From Occultella glacieicola (GTDB lineage Bacteria; Actinomycetota; Actinomycetes; Actinomycetales; Beutenbergiaceae): a stretch of 64,000 nt of DNA. Both the position numbers and the translations under genes were made by a program. Numbering within the stretch: position 1 is the stretch's first letter; every line of letters begins with the position of its first letter. The notes beneath the pieces are model-generated. The model did not search any database. It saw nothing but the letters and a program-made list of their open reading frames with translations, and was not told the origin of the DNA. Below, one piece after another: positions 42,384 to 52,526 of the stretch. The stretch covers positions 1 through 64,000 of the forward strand of contig NZ_SMNA01000005.1 in NCBI RefSeq assembly GCF_004353825.1, written 5' to 3'.

Positions 42384-43808
42384 ATGAGCGACGCGACGAC
42401 GCACGGCGCCAACACCATCCTCATCCTCGGTGCCTCGGGCGATCTCACGAACCGGCTGCTGCTGCCGGGTCTCGGTTCACTCCTCGCCGACGAGCCGACC
42501 CGTGAGGTCCGCGTCGTCGGGGCGGACATCGCCGACCTCGGCCAGGAGGACTGGGCGGAGCGGGTGCGTTCGGGTCTGAGCGGCGCCGGGGTGCCCGAGC
42601 CGGCCACGAACGCGATCGTGGCCGACACCCGGTACGTCCGCACCGACGTGCTCGATGTCGACGCCGTCGACAGCCTGCTCAACACCGTGGACGGGCCCAC
42701 GATCATCTACTTCGCACTCCCGCCGCGCATCACCGCGGGCGTCTGTGCCCTGCTCGAGCGGCGCGGCGTCGCTCCGGGGACCAGGCTCGCCCTGGAGAAG
42801 CCCTTCGGAAGCGACCTCGCGTCGGCGGAAGCGCTGAACGTCCAGCTCCTCAAGGTCGTCGAGGAGAACCGGATCTTCCGGGTGGACCACTTCCTCGGCC
42901 TCAGCACGGTGCTGAACCTGTTCGGGGTCCGGTTCGCGAACCGGCTACTGATGCCGGTGTGGAAGTCGGCGCACATCGAGAAGGTGGTCATCCGCTACGA
43001 CGAGAACCTCGCGCTGGAGGGCCGGGCCGGATACTACGACCGGGCCGGCGCGCTCGTGGACATGATCCAGTCGCACCTGCTGCAGGTCCTCGCGTTCTTC
43101 GCCATGGAGGCCCCGCGGACCCTGGACGCGGAGCACGTGCGCTCGCTCAAGGCCCAGGCGCTGCTGGCCGCCCGGGTCTGGGGCGACGACCCGACCACCG
43201 CCTCCCGACGGGCCCGGTACACCGCGGGCACCATCGGCGACCGCGAGGTGCCGGACTACGTCGCCGAGGAGGGCGTGGACCCGGCGCTGGACACCGAGAC
43301 CCTGGCCGAACTGGTCGTCGAGATCGACAACGAGCGCTGGCGCGGGACACCATTCGTGCTGCGCAGCGGCAAGGCGCTCGGCGAGGCCGTCAAGCAGATC
43401 GAGGTCTACTTCCGCGAACCGGCCCACGTGCCGAGCGGGCTGCACGGCACCGGCAGCCCGGACCTGCTCATCCTCGGGCTGAAGCCGGCCGAGATGGTCA
43501 TCTCGATGTCCGTCAACGCCGAGGGGGACCCCTTCGAACTCGAGCAGAAGGAGTTGCGGGCAACCCTCGGCGCCGCCCGGATGCTGCCCTATGGCGAGGT
43601 CCTGGGCCGGATGCTCGACGGTGATCCCCTGCTCTCGATCCGCGGCGACGTCGCGGAGGACTGCTGGCGCATCGTGGCTCCGGTCCTCGCCGCGTGGCGG
43701 GCCGACGAGGTCCCGATGCAGGACTACCCGGCCGGTTCCGCAGGGCCGGAGGGTTGGGGTGCCGTGCCGGGCGTCAACGACCCGGTCGTCGCCCCTCCCG
43801 TCGGCTGA
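42384..43808 (+). CDS. zwf: Glucose-6-phosphate dehydrogenase paralog
   Basis: GASGDL, EKPFG, RVDHFLG, DMIQSHL and LRSGK motifs; no opcA/pgl adjacent. Confidence 0.88.
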   Translation: MSDATTHGANTILILGASGDLTNRLLLPGLGSLLADEPTREVRVVGADIADLGQEDWAERVRSGLSGAGVPEPATNAIVADTRYVRTDVLDVDAVDSLLNTVDGPTIIYFALPPRITAGVCALLERRGVAPGTRLALEKPFGSDLASAEALNVQLLKVVEENRIFRVDHFLGLSTVLNLFGVRFANRLLMPVWKSAHIEKVVIRYDENLALEGRAGYYDRAGALVDMIQSHLLQVLAFFAMEAPRTLDAEHVRSLKAQALLAARVWGDDPTTASRRARYTAGTIGDREVPDYVAEEGVDPALDTETLAELVVEIDNERWRGTPFVLRSGKALGEAVKQIEVYFREPAHVPSGLHGTGSPDLLILGLKPAEMVISMSVNAEGDPFELEQKELRATLGAARMLPYGEVLGRMLDGDPLLSIRGDVAEDCWRIVAPVLAAWRADEVPMQDYPAGSAGPEGWGAVPGVNDPVVAPPVG

Positions 43809-45129
43809 GGTCCCCGGCGGCGAGCATCGTACGGCGGCCCGCGGGCACCAGGAGGGCAACCGCGGCAGCCGCGATCAGCAGCACACCGGCGGCGATCATC
43901 AGGACCTCGACACTGTAGAGGTCCGCGAGTGGACCGAACACCGCCATGCCGAGCGGCATGGACACCGCCATCACAAGGCCGACGAAGCCGAACACCCTGC
44001 CCTGGCGCTCCGGCTCGACGGTCTCCTGGAGCACCGTGAACGACGGCGTCGAGAAGAGCGGCACGAACAGGCCGATTCCGAACATGAGGGCCAGGAACAC
44101 CCAGAGGTTCGGAGCGAGGCCGAGCGCGGCGGTGAGGCCGCCGAAGACGAAGACGGATCCGAGCATCATCAGGATCCGGTTCCTGAGCCCGCCCCAGGCC
44201 GCGATGAGTGCGCCGCCGAGCGTCATGCCGATGCTGAACGCCAACTCGTTCGCGGTCAGTTTCCAGACCTCCTCGCCGAACGTGCGCACGATCAGCAGCG
44301 GGGTGAGGTACGAGGGTGCCGCGACCAGCAGGAACACGACCCCGAAGAGCAGGAGGACCCAGCGGATGAACGGGTGGCGCCCCACGTACCGCACTCCCCC
44401 GACCAGGTCGTCGAAGTAACCGGGCAGCGGCCCGTCGACGTCGCGGCGCACGATCCGCGGCACCGAGAGCACCACCAGCAGGCCGATGCCGATGGCCGCG
44501 GTGGTGACGTCGACGAAGAAGATCGCGACGATCGAGAAGTTCGCGTACACGGCCGCGGCGGCCGCCGGTGCCACGAGCATCATCGCGGACTGGATGGTCC
44601 CGTTCAGGCCATTGACCCGCATCAGCTTCGAGGTGGGAACGAGCTGCGGGATCAGCGCGGAGACCGCGGGCAGCTGGATCCCGGCGCCGATCGAACGGAT
44701 CGCCAGCGTGCCGTAGAAGAGCCACAGGTGGTCGGTGCCGGCCAGCATCAGGATCGCCAGCGCGAGCGTGGTCACCGCGATCGTGCCGTCGGCGGCCATG
44801 ATGAGTCGCTTCCGGTCGAGCCGGTCCGCCCACACGCCGCCGAAGATCGACACGATCGCCTGCGGCAGGAAGCCGAACACCGAGGCCAGCGCCATCACCG
44901 AGCCGGACTTCGTCTCGAGGGTCAGGTGCCACATGATCGCGTACTGGACGAGCATCGACCCGAACAGGGTTACGGTCTGGCCGCTCAGGAAGATCGTCGC
45001 GTCCCGGCGCCACCGTGGCTTCGCGGCGACGTCGTCCGGGACCCCCGGATCGGGGCCGGCAACAGACCCGGCATCAGGGCCGGCGCTACCGGCCGCGGTG
45101 CCGGGCTCCTCGGGCGGGCGGGTGGACAT
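43774..45129 (-). CDS. MFS efflux transporter (MefA/DHA3-like)
   Basis: GQTVTLFGS, GVWADRLDRK and QGRVFG motifs; 3' end overlaps zwf convergently. Confidence 0.88.
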   Translation of the reverse strand: MSTRPPEEPGTAAGSAGPDAGSVAGPDPGVPDDVAAKPRWRRDATIFLSGQTVTLFGSMLVQYAIMWHLTLETKSGSVMALASVFGFLPQAIVSIFGGVWADRLDRKRLIMAADGTIAVTTLALAILMLAGTDHLWLFYGTLAIRSIGAGIQLPAVSALIPQLVPTSKLMRVNGLNGTIQSAMMLVAPAAAAAVYANFSIVAIFFVDVTTAAIGIGLLVVLSVPRIVRRDVDGPLPGYFDDLVGGVRYVGRHPFIRWVLLLFGVVFLLVAAPSYLTPLLIVRTFGEEVWKLTANELAFSIGMTLGGALIAAWGGLRNRILMMLGSVFVFGGLTAALGLAPNLWVFLALMFGIGLFVPLFSTPSFTVLQETVEPERQGRVFGFVGLVMAVSMPLGMAVFGPLADLYSVEVLMIAAGVLLIAAAAVALLVPAGRRTMLAAGDLSRREGRRPGR

Positions 45130-45329
45130 CCCCCATGGTCCGCCCGAGGACCGACATCGGTCCACGCCCTGGGCCGACGCAGGTGTGGGTCCGGATCGTG
45201 GTGGTGCAATCAGATGAGGCACACCCACCTCGACCCTGGCACGCCGCGCCCCAGGCCCACCCCCACCTCGCTCGCCCCAGGGCCGCGACACCGTTGCGGT
45301 GCGGGGACGACGCACCCGGCACGTCGCGA

Positions 45330-45527
45330 TCACACCACAGGGCCCGAACCGATGATGAACGCGCTGGACGCTAGGCCGGCCAGGCTCTCGGTCGCCTGGA
45401 ACCGTTCGACGGCGTAGAACGCCATCGTGGTCATGAGCAGGTAGAAGATCATCCCCATGAACGAGCTGGTGACGATCGCGAGGATGAAGTTGCGGGTCCA
45501 GCGGACGCCCGTGGTGCGGTCGGTCAC
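45330..45527 (-). pseudogene. N-terminal fragment of a second MFS transporter
   Basis: 65 aa: WTRNFILAIVTSSFMGMIFYLLMTTMAFYAVERFQATESLAGLASSAFIIG, then stop; GGGAGAGG site intact. Confidence 0.75.
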
Positions 45528-45691
45528 GTCGTCGGCCTCTCCCTCTCGTCGACGCCGCGACCCCCGATACGCGGCGTCCCGTGCAGCCTAGGGATCCCGG
45601 GTGCGACGATGCCCTCTGATGCCACGAGTTGCCGTCGGTCACCGCGGCGGCGACCGGCCGCCGTCGGGCTCGGCGCGTGGACCGGACCGGC

Positions 45692-46708
45692 TCAGAGCGG
45701 GACCGGCAGCCCCGAGGCGACCGACCGCTGTGCCGCGGTCACGACGGCGAGCGTGCGCGCGCCCACGGCACCGTCGGGCTGCGGGGCCCGGCCGGTGCGC
45801 ACGGCGTCGAGGAACTCGTCGATCATCCGGGCGTCCAGGTCCGCGCCGAAGCCGGCCCAGAGCTCGCCGCCGGCGTCGTAGCCGGACACGTGCGCCGCGA
45901 ACGGGTCGATCCGCACCGACCCGGCGGTGCCGTGCACCTCGAGGGTCAGGCCGCCCCAGGTGGGTGCGGACTCCGGTTGGCTCCACGAGCAGTCGATGGT
46001 GGCGATCACCCCGGACGGGTAGCGGACCGAGACCACTCCCCCGGTCTCCACACCCACCCCCGCGTCGGCCCGCAGGATCCGGTTCGTCACGGCGTGCACC
46101 TCCTGCGCGGGCTCGCCCAGGAGCGCGTCGATCAGGTCCGCGACGTGCACGACGTGGTCCACGAGCGCGCCGCCGCCGGAGCGGGTCGGGTCCGTGAACC
46201 AGGACCGCTGGGCCAGCGGCATCTTGCCGTTGTTGGTGCCGAGGATGGAATAGATCTCACCGAGCTGGCCGGCACGGACCCGCGCCACGAGATCGGTGAA
46301 CGCGCTCGCGAACCGGACCGGGTAGGCCGTCATCAGGATCACCCCGGACGCGTCGGCAGCGGCGACCATGGCGGCGGCGTCCGTGTCGGAGGTGGCCAGC
46401 GGCTTCTCGCAGAGCACGTGCGCACCGGCGACGGTCGCCAGTTCGGTCAGTTCGCGGTGCGCGGTGTTCTCCGCACAGATCACGACGGCGTCCGGCGCCT
46501 TCGCGAGCAGGCTCGCCACGTCCTCGACGTAGGTCACGCCGTGCTCGGCGGCGAACCCCGCGCCGCGCACGGTGCCGGGGTCGTACGGGCCGGGGTCGGT
46601 GCCGAGCACCTCGACGTCCGGCATCGCGGAGAGGATCCGGGCGTAGGAGGCGGCGTGGGTGTGCGCGAAGGACAGGATGCCGATGGTCAGCGGCGTGGTG
46701 GTGGTCAT
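45692..46708 (-). CDS. Gfo/Idh/MocA-family oxidoreductase
   Basis: CEKP and GGGALVDHVVH motifs. Confidence 0.92.
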   Translation of the reverse strand: MTTTTPLTIGILSFAHTHAASYARILSAMPDVEVLGTDPGPYDPGTVRGAGFAAEHGVTYVEDVASLLAKAPDAVVICAENTAHRELTELATVAGAHVLCEKPLATSDTDAAAMVAAADASGVILMTAYPVRFASAFTDLVARVRAGQLGEIYSILGTNNGKMPLAQRSWFTDPTRSGGGALVDHVVHVADLIDALLGEPAQEVHAVTNRILRADAGVGVETGGVVSVRYPSGVIATIDCSWSQPESAPTWGGLTLEVHGTAGSVRIDPFAAHVSGYDAGGELWAGFGADLDARMIDEFLDAVRTGRAPQPDGAVGARTLAVVTAAQRSVASGLPVPL

Positions 46709-47724
46709 CGCGGGCTCCCCTCGGTGCTCGAATGTGCGGAATCGGCTGGATCGGCCGGCAGGTCCACCGGCACGCCGCTCGCGGCCGAGGCCAGCACCGC
46801 CTCGGCGAGCGCGACGGCCCGGACACCGTCCGTGCCGGCCACGGATGCCTGGGTGCCGGACTCGATCGCGGCCCAGAAGTCGGCGAGCTCGGCGGCGTAC
46901 GGGCTCTCCGACGGGTCGGTGGCCGGGAGGTAGCCGCCGGCGTCGGCCGGGCCGCCCAGCTGGACCCGCACCGTGTCGGAACGCGCCATGTCGTACCGGA
47001 GCAGGCCGGCGTCCCCGGCGATCTCGAACGAGGAGGTGAACCGCAGGCCGGGATGTCCCCAGACGCCGTAGACATGGCTGATCGCACCCGAGGTGTGGGT
47101 CAGCAGTACCGCGGCACTGGCGACCCGACCGCCGTCGCCGGCCTTCGCCGTCGAACGGGCGAACACCCGGGCGACCGGACCGGCGAGCCACTCGGCCTGG
47201 TCGAGATCGTGGATCATCTGATCGAGCACGATGCCGCCGGAGCGGGCTTCGTCGAAGAACCAGTCCGCCTTCGGGGCCGCGCTCATCCGACGGAACCGGG
47301 CCACGGCGACCGTGCCGATCCGGCCGGCCCGGATCGCGTCGCGCGCGGCCACGTACTCCGGGAAGTAGCGCACCACGTGGGCGGGGAACACCCGCACCCC
47401 GGCCGCCTCGGCGGCCCCGACGACGGCCGCCGCCTCGACGGACGTGCGCGCGAGCGGCTTCTCACAGATCACGTGCTTACCGGCGGCGATGGCCGCGAGG
47501 GCGAGCTCGGCGTGGGTGGCGGTCGGGGTGACGATGTCCACCAGGTCCACCTGCGGCCACAACTCGGTGAGGGTGTCCGCGGTGCGGAACCCGAAGGTGT
47601 CCGCGAGCGCGTGCGCCCCGTGCTCGGAGTGGACCACCACGTCCGCCCCCAGGGCCCGCCAGCCGGCAGCGTGCACCCCGGAGATACCGCCGGCGCCGAT
47701 CAGGCCGACGCGTGGTGCGCTCAT
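46705..47724 (-). CDS. Gfo/Idh/MocA-family oxidoreductase
   Basis: GAGGIS, CEKP and SGGIVLDQMIHDLD motifs. Confidence 0.92.
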   Translation of the reverse strand: MSAPRVGLIGAGGISGVHAAGWRALGADVVVHSEHGAHALADTFGFRTADTLTELWPQVDLVDIVTPTATHAELALAAIAAGKHVICEKPLARTSVEAAAVVGAAEAAGVRVFPAHVVRYFPEYVAARDAIRAGRIGTVAVARFRRMSAAPKADWFFDEARSGGIVLDQMIHDLDQAEWLAGPVARVFARSTAKAGDGGRVASAAVLLTHTSGAISHVYGVWGHPGLRFTSSFEIAGDAGLLRYDMARSDTVRVQLGGPADAGGYLPATDPSESPYAAELADFWAAIESGTQASVAGTDGVRAVALAEAVLASAASGVPVDLPADPADSAHSSTEGSPR

Positions 47725-48122
47725 GCCTTCCTCGCCGCGACGGCCTCGACCTCGACCAGTTGGCCGGGGTAGCCGAGCACGGTCACGCCGATCAACGTGC
47801 TCGGCACGTCATGGTCGGCGAACGCGTCCCGGACCACCTCCCAGACCCTGACCAGATCGGGTTGGGAGGTGGTGGCCACCAGCACCCGGGTGGACACGAC
47901 GTCGGTGAGGGACAGGCCGACGTCCGCGAGTGCCTGCCGAAGGTTCGCCACGACGGCGTTGGCCTGGCCGACGGGATCCCCGAGCGCCACGACAGCGCCG
48001 GTTTCGTCGAGGGGGCAGGCGCCGGCGAGGAAGACCAGCTCTGCACCGGGACCTGCGGACGCGGCGTAGGCGTACTCGGTGGGTGCCAGGGTCTCGGAAC
48101 GGATCAGGCGCACATGGCTCAC
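47721..48122 (-). CDS. RidA/YjgF-family protein
   Basis: AGACPLD and PSTLIGVTVLGYPGQLVEVEAVA. Confidence 0.88.
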   Translation of the reverse strand: MSHVRLIRSETLAPTEYAYAASAGPGAELVFLAGACPLDETGAVVALGDPVGQANAVVANLRQALADVGLSLTDVVSTRVLVATTSQPDLVRVWEVVRDAFADHDVPSTLIGVTVLGYPGQLVEVEAVAARKA

Positions 48123-48156
48123 TTGCTCACCGTATCGAACGGTGAGCGTCCGCGGG

Positions 48157-48567
48157 TCACTGGATGAGACAGAAGGGGTGACCGGCCGGGTCCAGGAAGA
48201 CGCGGAAGTTGCCGTCCTCGGACGGCTGGTGCTCGTGGCGCCGGGCGCCGAGGGCGAGCACCGATGGTTCGGAGGCGTCGATGTTCGCGACGGTCAGGTC
48301 CAAATGGACCTGCTGGGGGTGGGCGCCGCCGGGCCAGGTCGGCGTGACCCAGTCCTCGATCCGTTGGAAGGCGAGGGCGGGGCGGCCGTCCGGGCGCTCC
48401 GGGCTCACGCCGCCGCCTGGCGGGACCAGGTTGACCCAGTCCCGGTCCGCGCCCGGCTCCATCGGCCAGCCGAGCAGCTCCGAGTAGAACCGCCCGAGCT
48501 CCAGGGCGTCGGGGCAGTCGAGGATGATCAGGTCGAGGACGGGTTTCGCGATCGCTGCGTCGGTCAT
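48157..48567 (-). CDS. VOC/glyoxalase-family protein
   Basis: LDCPD, LAFQ, QQVHLDL and DPAGHPFC motifs. Confidence 0.9.
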   Translation of the reverse strand: MTDAAIAKPVLDLIILDCPDALELGRFYSELLGWPMEPGADRDWVNLVPPGGGVSPERPDGRPALAFQRIEDWVTPTWPGGAHPQQVHLDLTVANIDASEPSVLALGARRHEHQPSEDGNFRVFLDPAGHPFCLIQ

Positions 48568-48694
48568 GCGACGACCGTAGCCGCGACTCCGGACGATCCA
48601 CGTCCGGATGGCCCGGCCGGCCTCCCCCATGAGCCGGATGCAGGGCCGCGAGGGGCATGGTCGACTGGAGGAACCACCGACCACGGAGGAACCG

Positions 48695-49151
48695 ATGAGC
48701 CACACCCTCGCCGAGGAGTATCTGCTGCTGGTTCTCGACGACGACTCGGGTCGACCACTGATCGACGCGAACAGCCTGCACACGGCGATCGCCGCGGCCG
48801 CGCTGACGGACCTCGTCTCCGACGGCGCCCCTCGAGGTGGCCGAGAGGCGGACGGGCCGGTGCGGAAGGGCCGATTCGCCCGGACCGGGCGGTCCCTGCC
48901 TGCTGACCCGCTGCGTCTGGCGATCCTCGACAAGGCCCACGACCGCAAACCCAAGGACGCCGTCGCTGCCCTCGGCGGGATGTTCTCCTGGTCGGACCGG
49001 GCCAAGACCCTCAAGGAACAGCTGCTCGAAGGGCTCGCCGGTGAGGGCGTGCTCGAGCAGCAGGAGAGCAAGATCCTCGGGATCTTCCGGCACCGCCGTG
49101 CGCCGGGTGATCGACGAGGCCACCGCTGTCATGATCACGACGTACACCTGA
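48695..49151 (+). pseudogene. GPP34/GOLPH3-like gene with probable internal deletion and frameshift
   Basis: TLAEEYLLLVLDDDSGRP start and KILGIF motif; a C-terminal-like tail resumes in another frame from 49089. Confidence 0.7.
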
Positions 49152-49263
49152 GCCACGTCCAGCCGCGGGGGCAATCACCCATCTCGGATGGTGCCGCGGC
49201 CGCCGGCGAGCCGTCAGGGTGAGCCTGCGGGTCCAACGGGGACCCAGGATGCGAGGCGTGACC

Positions 49264-49653
49264 GTGGATTTCTGGCAGAGTTTCTGGGACATCATCTGGT
49301 GGTTCTTCTGGGCCTTCGTGTTCATCTCCTATCTGATGGCGTTGTTCTCGATCGTCGCTGACGTGTTCCGGGACCGGGAGCTGAGCGGCTGGGCCAAAGC
49401 CGTCTGGATGATCTTCCTGGTGTTCGTCCCGTTCCTGACCGCGCTGATCTACCTGATCGCGCGCGGCAAGGGCATGGCCGAGCGCAGCGCCGGCCAGGCG
49501 CGACAGGCCCAGGACGCCGCCGACAACTACATCCGCTCCGTCGCAGCGACGAGTCCTTCGGATGAGATCGCCAAGGCGAAGGGCTTGCTCGACTCCGGGA
49601 CGATCACGGCCGAGGAGTTCGAGCGGATCAAGGCGCGCGCCCTGGCCGCGTGA
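49264..49653 (+). CDS. PLDc_N plus SHOCT-domain membrane protein
   Basis: DVFRDRELSGWAKAVW and DEIAKAKGLLDSGTITAEEFERIK. Confidence 0.88.
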   Translation: MDFWQSFWDIIWWFFWAFVFISYLMALFSIVADVFRDRELSGWAKAVWMIFLVFVPFLTALIYLIARGKGMAERSAGQARQAQDAADNYIRSVAATSPSDEIAKAKGLLDSGTITAEEFERIKARALAA

Positions 49654-51350
49654 GCCACCCCGAGGAACCGGTGGGTCCGGTGTCCGCCGCCGCGCGCCGG
49701 ACCCGCCGATCCTGGTTGCTCCCCACACTCACCGGATATCGGCGGGAGTGGCTGCTGCCGGACGTGGTCGGTGGGCTGTCTGCCGGGGCCGTCGTGGTTC
49801 CGCAGGCGATGGCCTACGCGACGATCGCCAACCTGCCGGTCCAGGTGGGCCTGTACACCGCGATCGTGCCGCTGGCCGTATACGCCCTGCTCGGTGGGTC
49901 GCGAACGATGAGTGTGACGACCACGTCCACGATCGCGACGCTGACGGCGACCACGCTCGTCTCGGCCGGCGTCGCCGCGGGCTCCGACGACGCCCTCGGC
50001 TCGCTCATGACGCTGACCCTGCTGGTCGGGATCGTGCTGCTGATCGCGCGGCTGCTGCGACTCGGGTCACTTGTGGAGAACATCAGCGGCGCAACCGTCC
50101 TCGGCCTGAAGATCGGCGTCGGGGCGACCGTCGCCGTCGGACAGCTGCCGAAACTGCTCGGGGAGACGGGAGACTACTCCGGCCACGGATTCCTCCGTTC
50201 CCTCGCCGCCGTGGGTCAGGCGCTCGACACCGCGAATCCGGCGACCGTCGCACTGTCGGTCGCCTCGATCGCCGTGCTCGTCGTGCTCGCCCGGTTCGCG
50301 CCGCGGGTGCCGGGCCCCGTGATCGTGGTGGTCGCCGGCATCCTGCTGGTCGCCGTGGCGGGCTTGGAGGCGCGCGGGGTCGCCCTGATCGAGCCGGTCC
50401 CGTCCGGGCTGCCGATCCCCGGTCTGCCGGACCTGGACGGTCTCGCCGCGCTCACCCCGGGAGCGTTGGCGATCTCGGTCATGTCGTTCCTGGAGTCGGC
50501 CACGGTCTCGCGGACGCTCCGCACGCCCGCGGAGCCCCCGGTGGACGCCGACCGGGAACTGTTCGCGACCGGCGCTGGGAACGTCGCGGGGGCCTTCTTC
50601 ACGGCGATGCCCGCCGCCGGCGGGTTCTCGCAGAGCGCGGTGAACCAGAACGCCGGCGCGAAGACCCAACTCTCGACGCTGGTCACGGTCATGCTCGCGG
50701 TCCTGGTCGCCGTGTTCCTCGGTCCGGTGGTCAGTCTGCTGCCGCAGGCGACGCTGGCCGCGATGGTGTTCGTCGCGGTCGTCGGCCTGATCAACCTGCC
50801 CGAACTGGTCCGCTGGGCCGGGATCAGCCCGATCGACTTCTGGATCGCACTCCTCGTGGCCGCCATCGGACTGACCGCCGGCCTGCTCCCGGCCGTCGTG
50901 GCCGGCGTGGTCGTCACCCTCGGGCTCGTGCTCCGGGAGCTGAACCGGGCAGCCGTCACGGCCGGCGAACACCAGGGCGACGTGCTGGCCGTGCATCTGG
51001 GCAACGGTCTGTACACGGCCAACACCAGGTCGAACACGACCGCGGTCGAGGAGCTGGTCGCGGCCGAGCCCGGGGTGGCCAGGGTCGTACTCGACCTGCA
51101 CCGACTGGCCGCGATCACGATCACGGTGCTGGACGGGCTCGCGGAGCTCGACCGCGCGCTGGCCGGCACCGGCGTCGAGCTGCACCTCGCCGCGTTGCCG
51201 CCGAGGGCCGCGGTCGTGGCCCAGCGGGTGGCGTGGTACCAGAAGCTCGAGGCGGACGGCCGGGTGCACGCCACGGTCGACGAGGCCCTGGCCACCCTGG
51301 GATCGGCCTCGGGCCCCGCCGCCAGACCGAGGCCTAGCATCAATCCATGA
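49650..51350 (+). CDS. SulP-family anion transporter with STAS domain
   Basis: VPQAMAYA, GLYT and GGFSQSAVN motifs. Confidence 0.92.
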   Translation: MSHPEEPVGPVSAAARRTRRSWLLPTLTGYRREWLLPDVVGGLSAGAVVVPQAMAYATIANLPVQVGLYTAIVPLAVYALLGGSRTMSVTTTSTIATLTATTLVSAGVAAGSDDALGSLMTLTLLVGIVLLIARLLRLGSLVENISGATVLGLKIGVGATVAVGQLPKLLGETGDYSGHGFLRSLAAVGQALDTANPATVALSVASIAVLVVLARFAPRVPGPVIVVVAGILLVAVAGLEARGVALIEPVPSGLPIPGLPDLDGLAALTPGALAISVMSFLESATVSRTLRTPAEPPVDADRELFATGAGNVAGAFFTAMPAAGGFSQSAVNQNAGAKTQLSTLVTVMLAVLVAVFLGPVVSLLPQATLAAMVFVAVVGLINLPELVRWAGISPIDFWIALLVAAIGLTAGLLPAVVAGVVVTLGLVLRELNRAAVTAGEHQGDVLAVHLGNGLYTANTRSNTTAVEELVAAEPGVARVVLDLHRLAAITITVLDGLAELDRALAGTGVELHLAALPPRAAVVAQRVAWYQKLEADGRVHATVDEALATLGSASGPAARPRPSINP

Positions 51351-51745
51351 CCATGCACTGGACCCTCGGTGGTGATGCGAACGATCCGCACCGACTGGCA
51401 CAGTTCTGGGCGAGTGCGCTCGGATACGTCGCCGAACCGGGCTACGACGACCCGGACGGTGCCTCGATCGTCGACCCGGACGGGGTCGGGCCGGCGATCG
51501 GGTGGCTGCGCGTTCCCGAGCCGAAGACCGCGAAGAACCGGCTCCACATCGACATCCGAGTGGCCGGCGAACCACCGTGGGACTGGGTGTCCCGCGCGGA
51601 GCTGATCCGGGCGAAGATCTCGGAACTGACCGCGCTCGGGGCCACTCGGGTCCGGGAGGAGCACTACCGCGACGACGACGGCCGCACGGTCCTCGGCCAC
51701 GTGGTGATGGCCGACCCCGAGGGGAATGAGTTCTGCGTGGCCTGA
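51347..51745 (+). CDS. VOC/glyoxalase-family protein
   Basis: PEPKTAKNRLHID and MADPEGNEFC motifs. Confidence 0.9.
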   Translation: MTMHWTLGGDANDPHRLAQFWASALGYVAEPGYDDPDGASIVDPDGVGPAIGWLRVPEPKTAKNRLHIDIRVAGEPPWDWVSRAELIRAKISELTALGATRVREEHYRDDDGRTVLGHVVMADPEGNEFCVA

Positions 51746-51764
51746 CGCGCAGTTCCGGTCCGGC

Positions 51765-52505
51765 TCAGCCCGCGAGCGCCCGCAACGCCGGGGCGAGTCG
51801 CTCGGCATGCGCACGGTCGTGGCGGGTGGCCTCGGCGGCTAGGGCGGCGAGAGCGGCGTTGTGCGCGCGTCGCAGTTCCTGCTGTTCGACGGCGGACGGC
51901 CGGGTCGCGGTCAGGGCGTCCAGTTCGGCGGTGGGCAGCTGGTCGACGCCGCGGCCCTGGTGCGGGTTCAGTCCGTGCCGCAGGCAGGCGAGCGAGACCA
52001 GCCGCTCCCGGAGCCCGTCGAGCATGATCGTCGCCTGCCAGAGCCGGCCCCGGGCGACGGCGGAGCGGGAGTGGAGCGCATGCAGCCAGGCCATCGCGAT
52101 CAGGCCGGCCGGGTCCGGCAGGTTCGGCTCCGTGGCCGGGTTGGGTGTGCCGAAGAGCACCCGGAACCCCGGCTCGGTGGCGCGGAAGTCATCGTGGCGC
52201 CAGAACGAGAGGTCCACCTGGAGCGAGTTGGCGAGCAGGAACACCCGGAACAGGGTGCCCGCCCCGCGGACGTCGAGGGTGTCCGCGACGTCCTGTTCGG
52301 CCCGCATCCAGGCGGTCCACTCCTCGGCGACGCCATCCGGGTCCACGCCGTCGGCGATCTGCAGGGCGAGGTCGATGTCGGACCAGCGGTCCTGGCGACC
52401 GGTTGCCGCGGAGCCGACCAGCGCGGCCCCGACCACCCGGGGGTCGGACCGGGCCCGCTCTCTCAGGAGCTCGGCCAGCCCGTCGCGGTACTCGGTGGTG
52501 AACAT
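51765..52505 (-). CDS. Polbeta-type nucleotidyltransferase (antibiotic nucleotidyltransferase-like architecture)
   Basis: GS..DRWSDID motif, third Asp in QVDLS, helical C-terminal domain. Confidence 0.8.
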   Translation of the reverse strand: MFTTEYRDGLAELLRERARSDPRVVGAALVGSAATGRQDRWSDIDLALQIADGVDPDGVAEEWTAWMRAEQDVADTLDVRGAGTLFRVFLLANSLQVDLSFWRHDDFRATEPGFRVLFGTPNPATEPNLPDPAGLIAMAWLHALHSRSAVARGRLWQATIMLDGLRERLVSLACLRHGLNPHQGRGVDQLPTAELDALTATRPSAVEQQELRRAHNAALAALAAEATRHDRAHAERLAPALRALAG

Positions 52506-52526
52506 CCGCCGATCGTAGGCGTGCGG

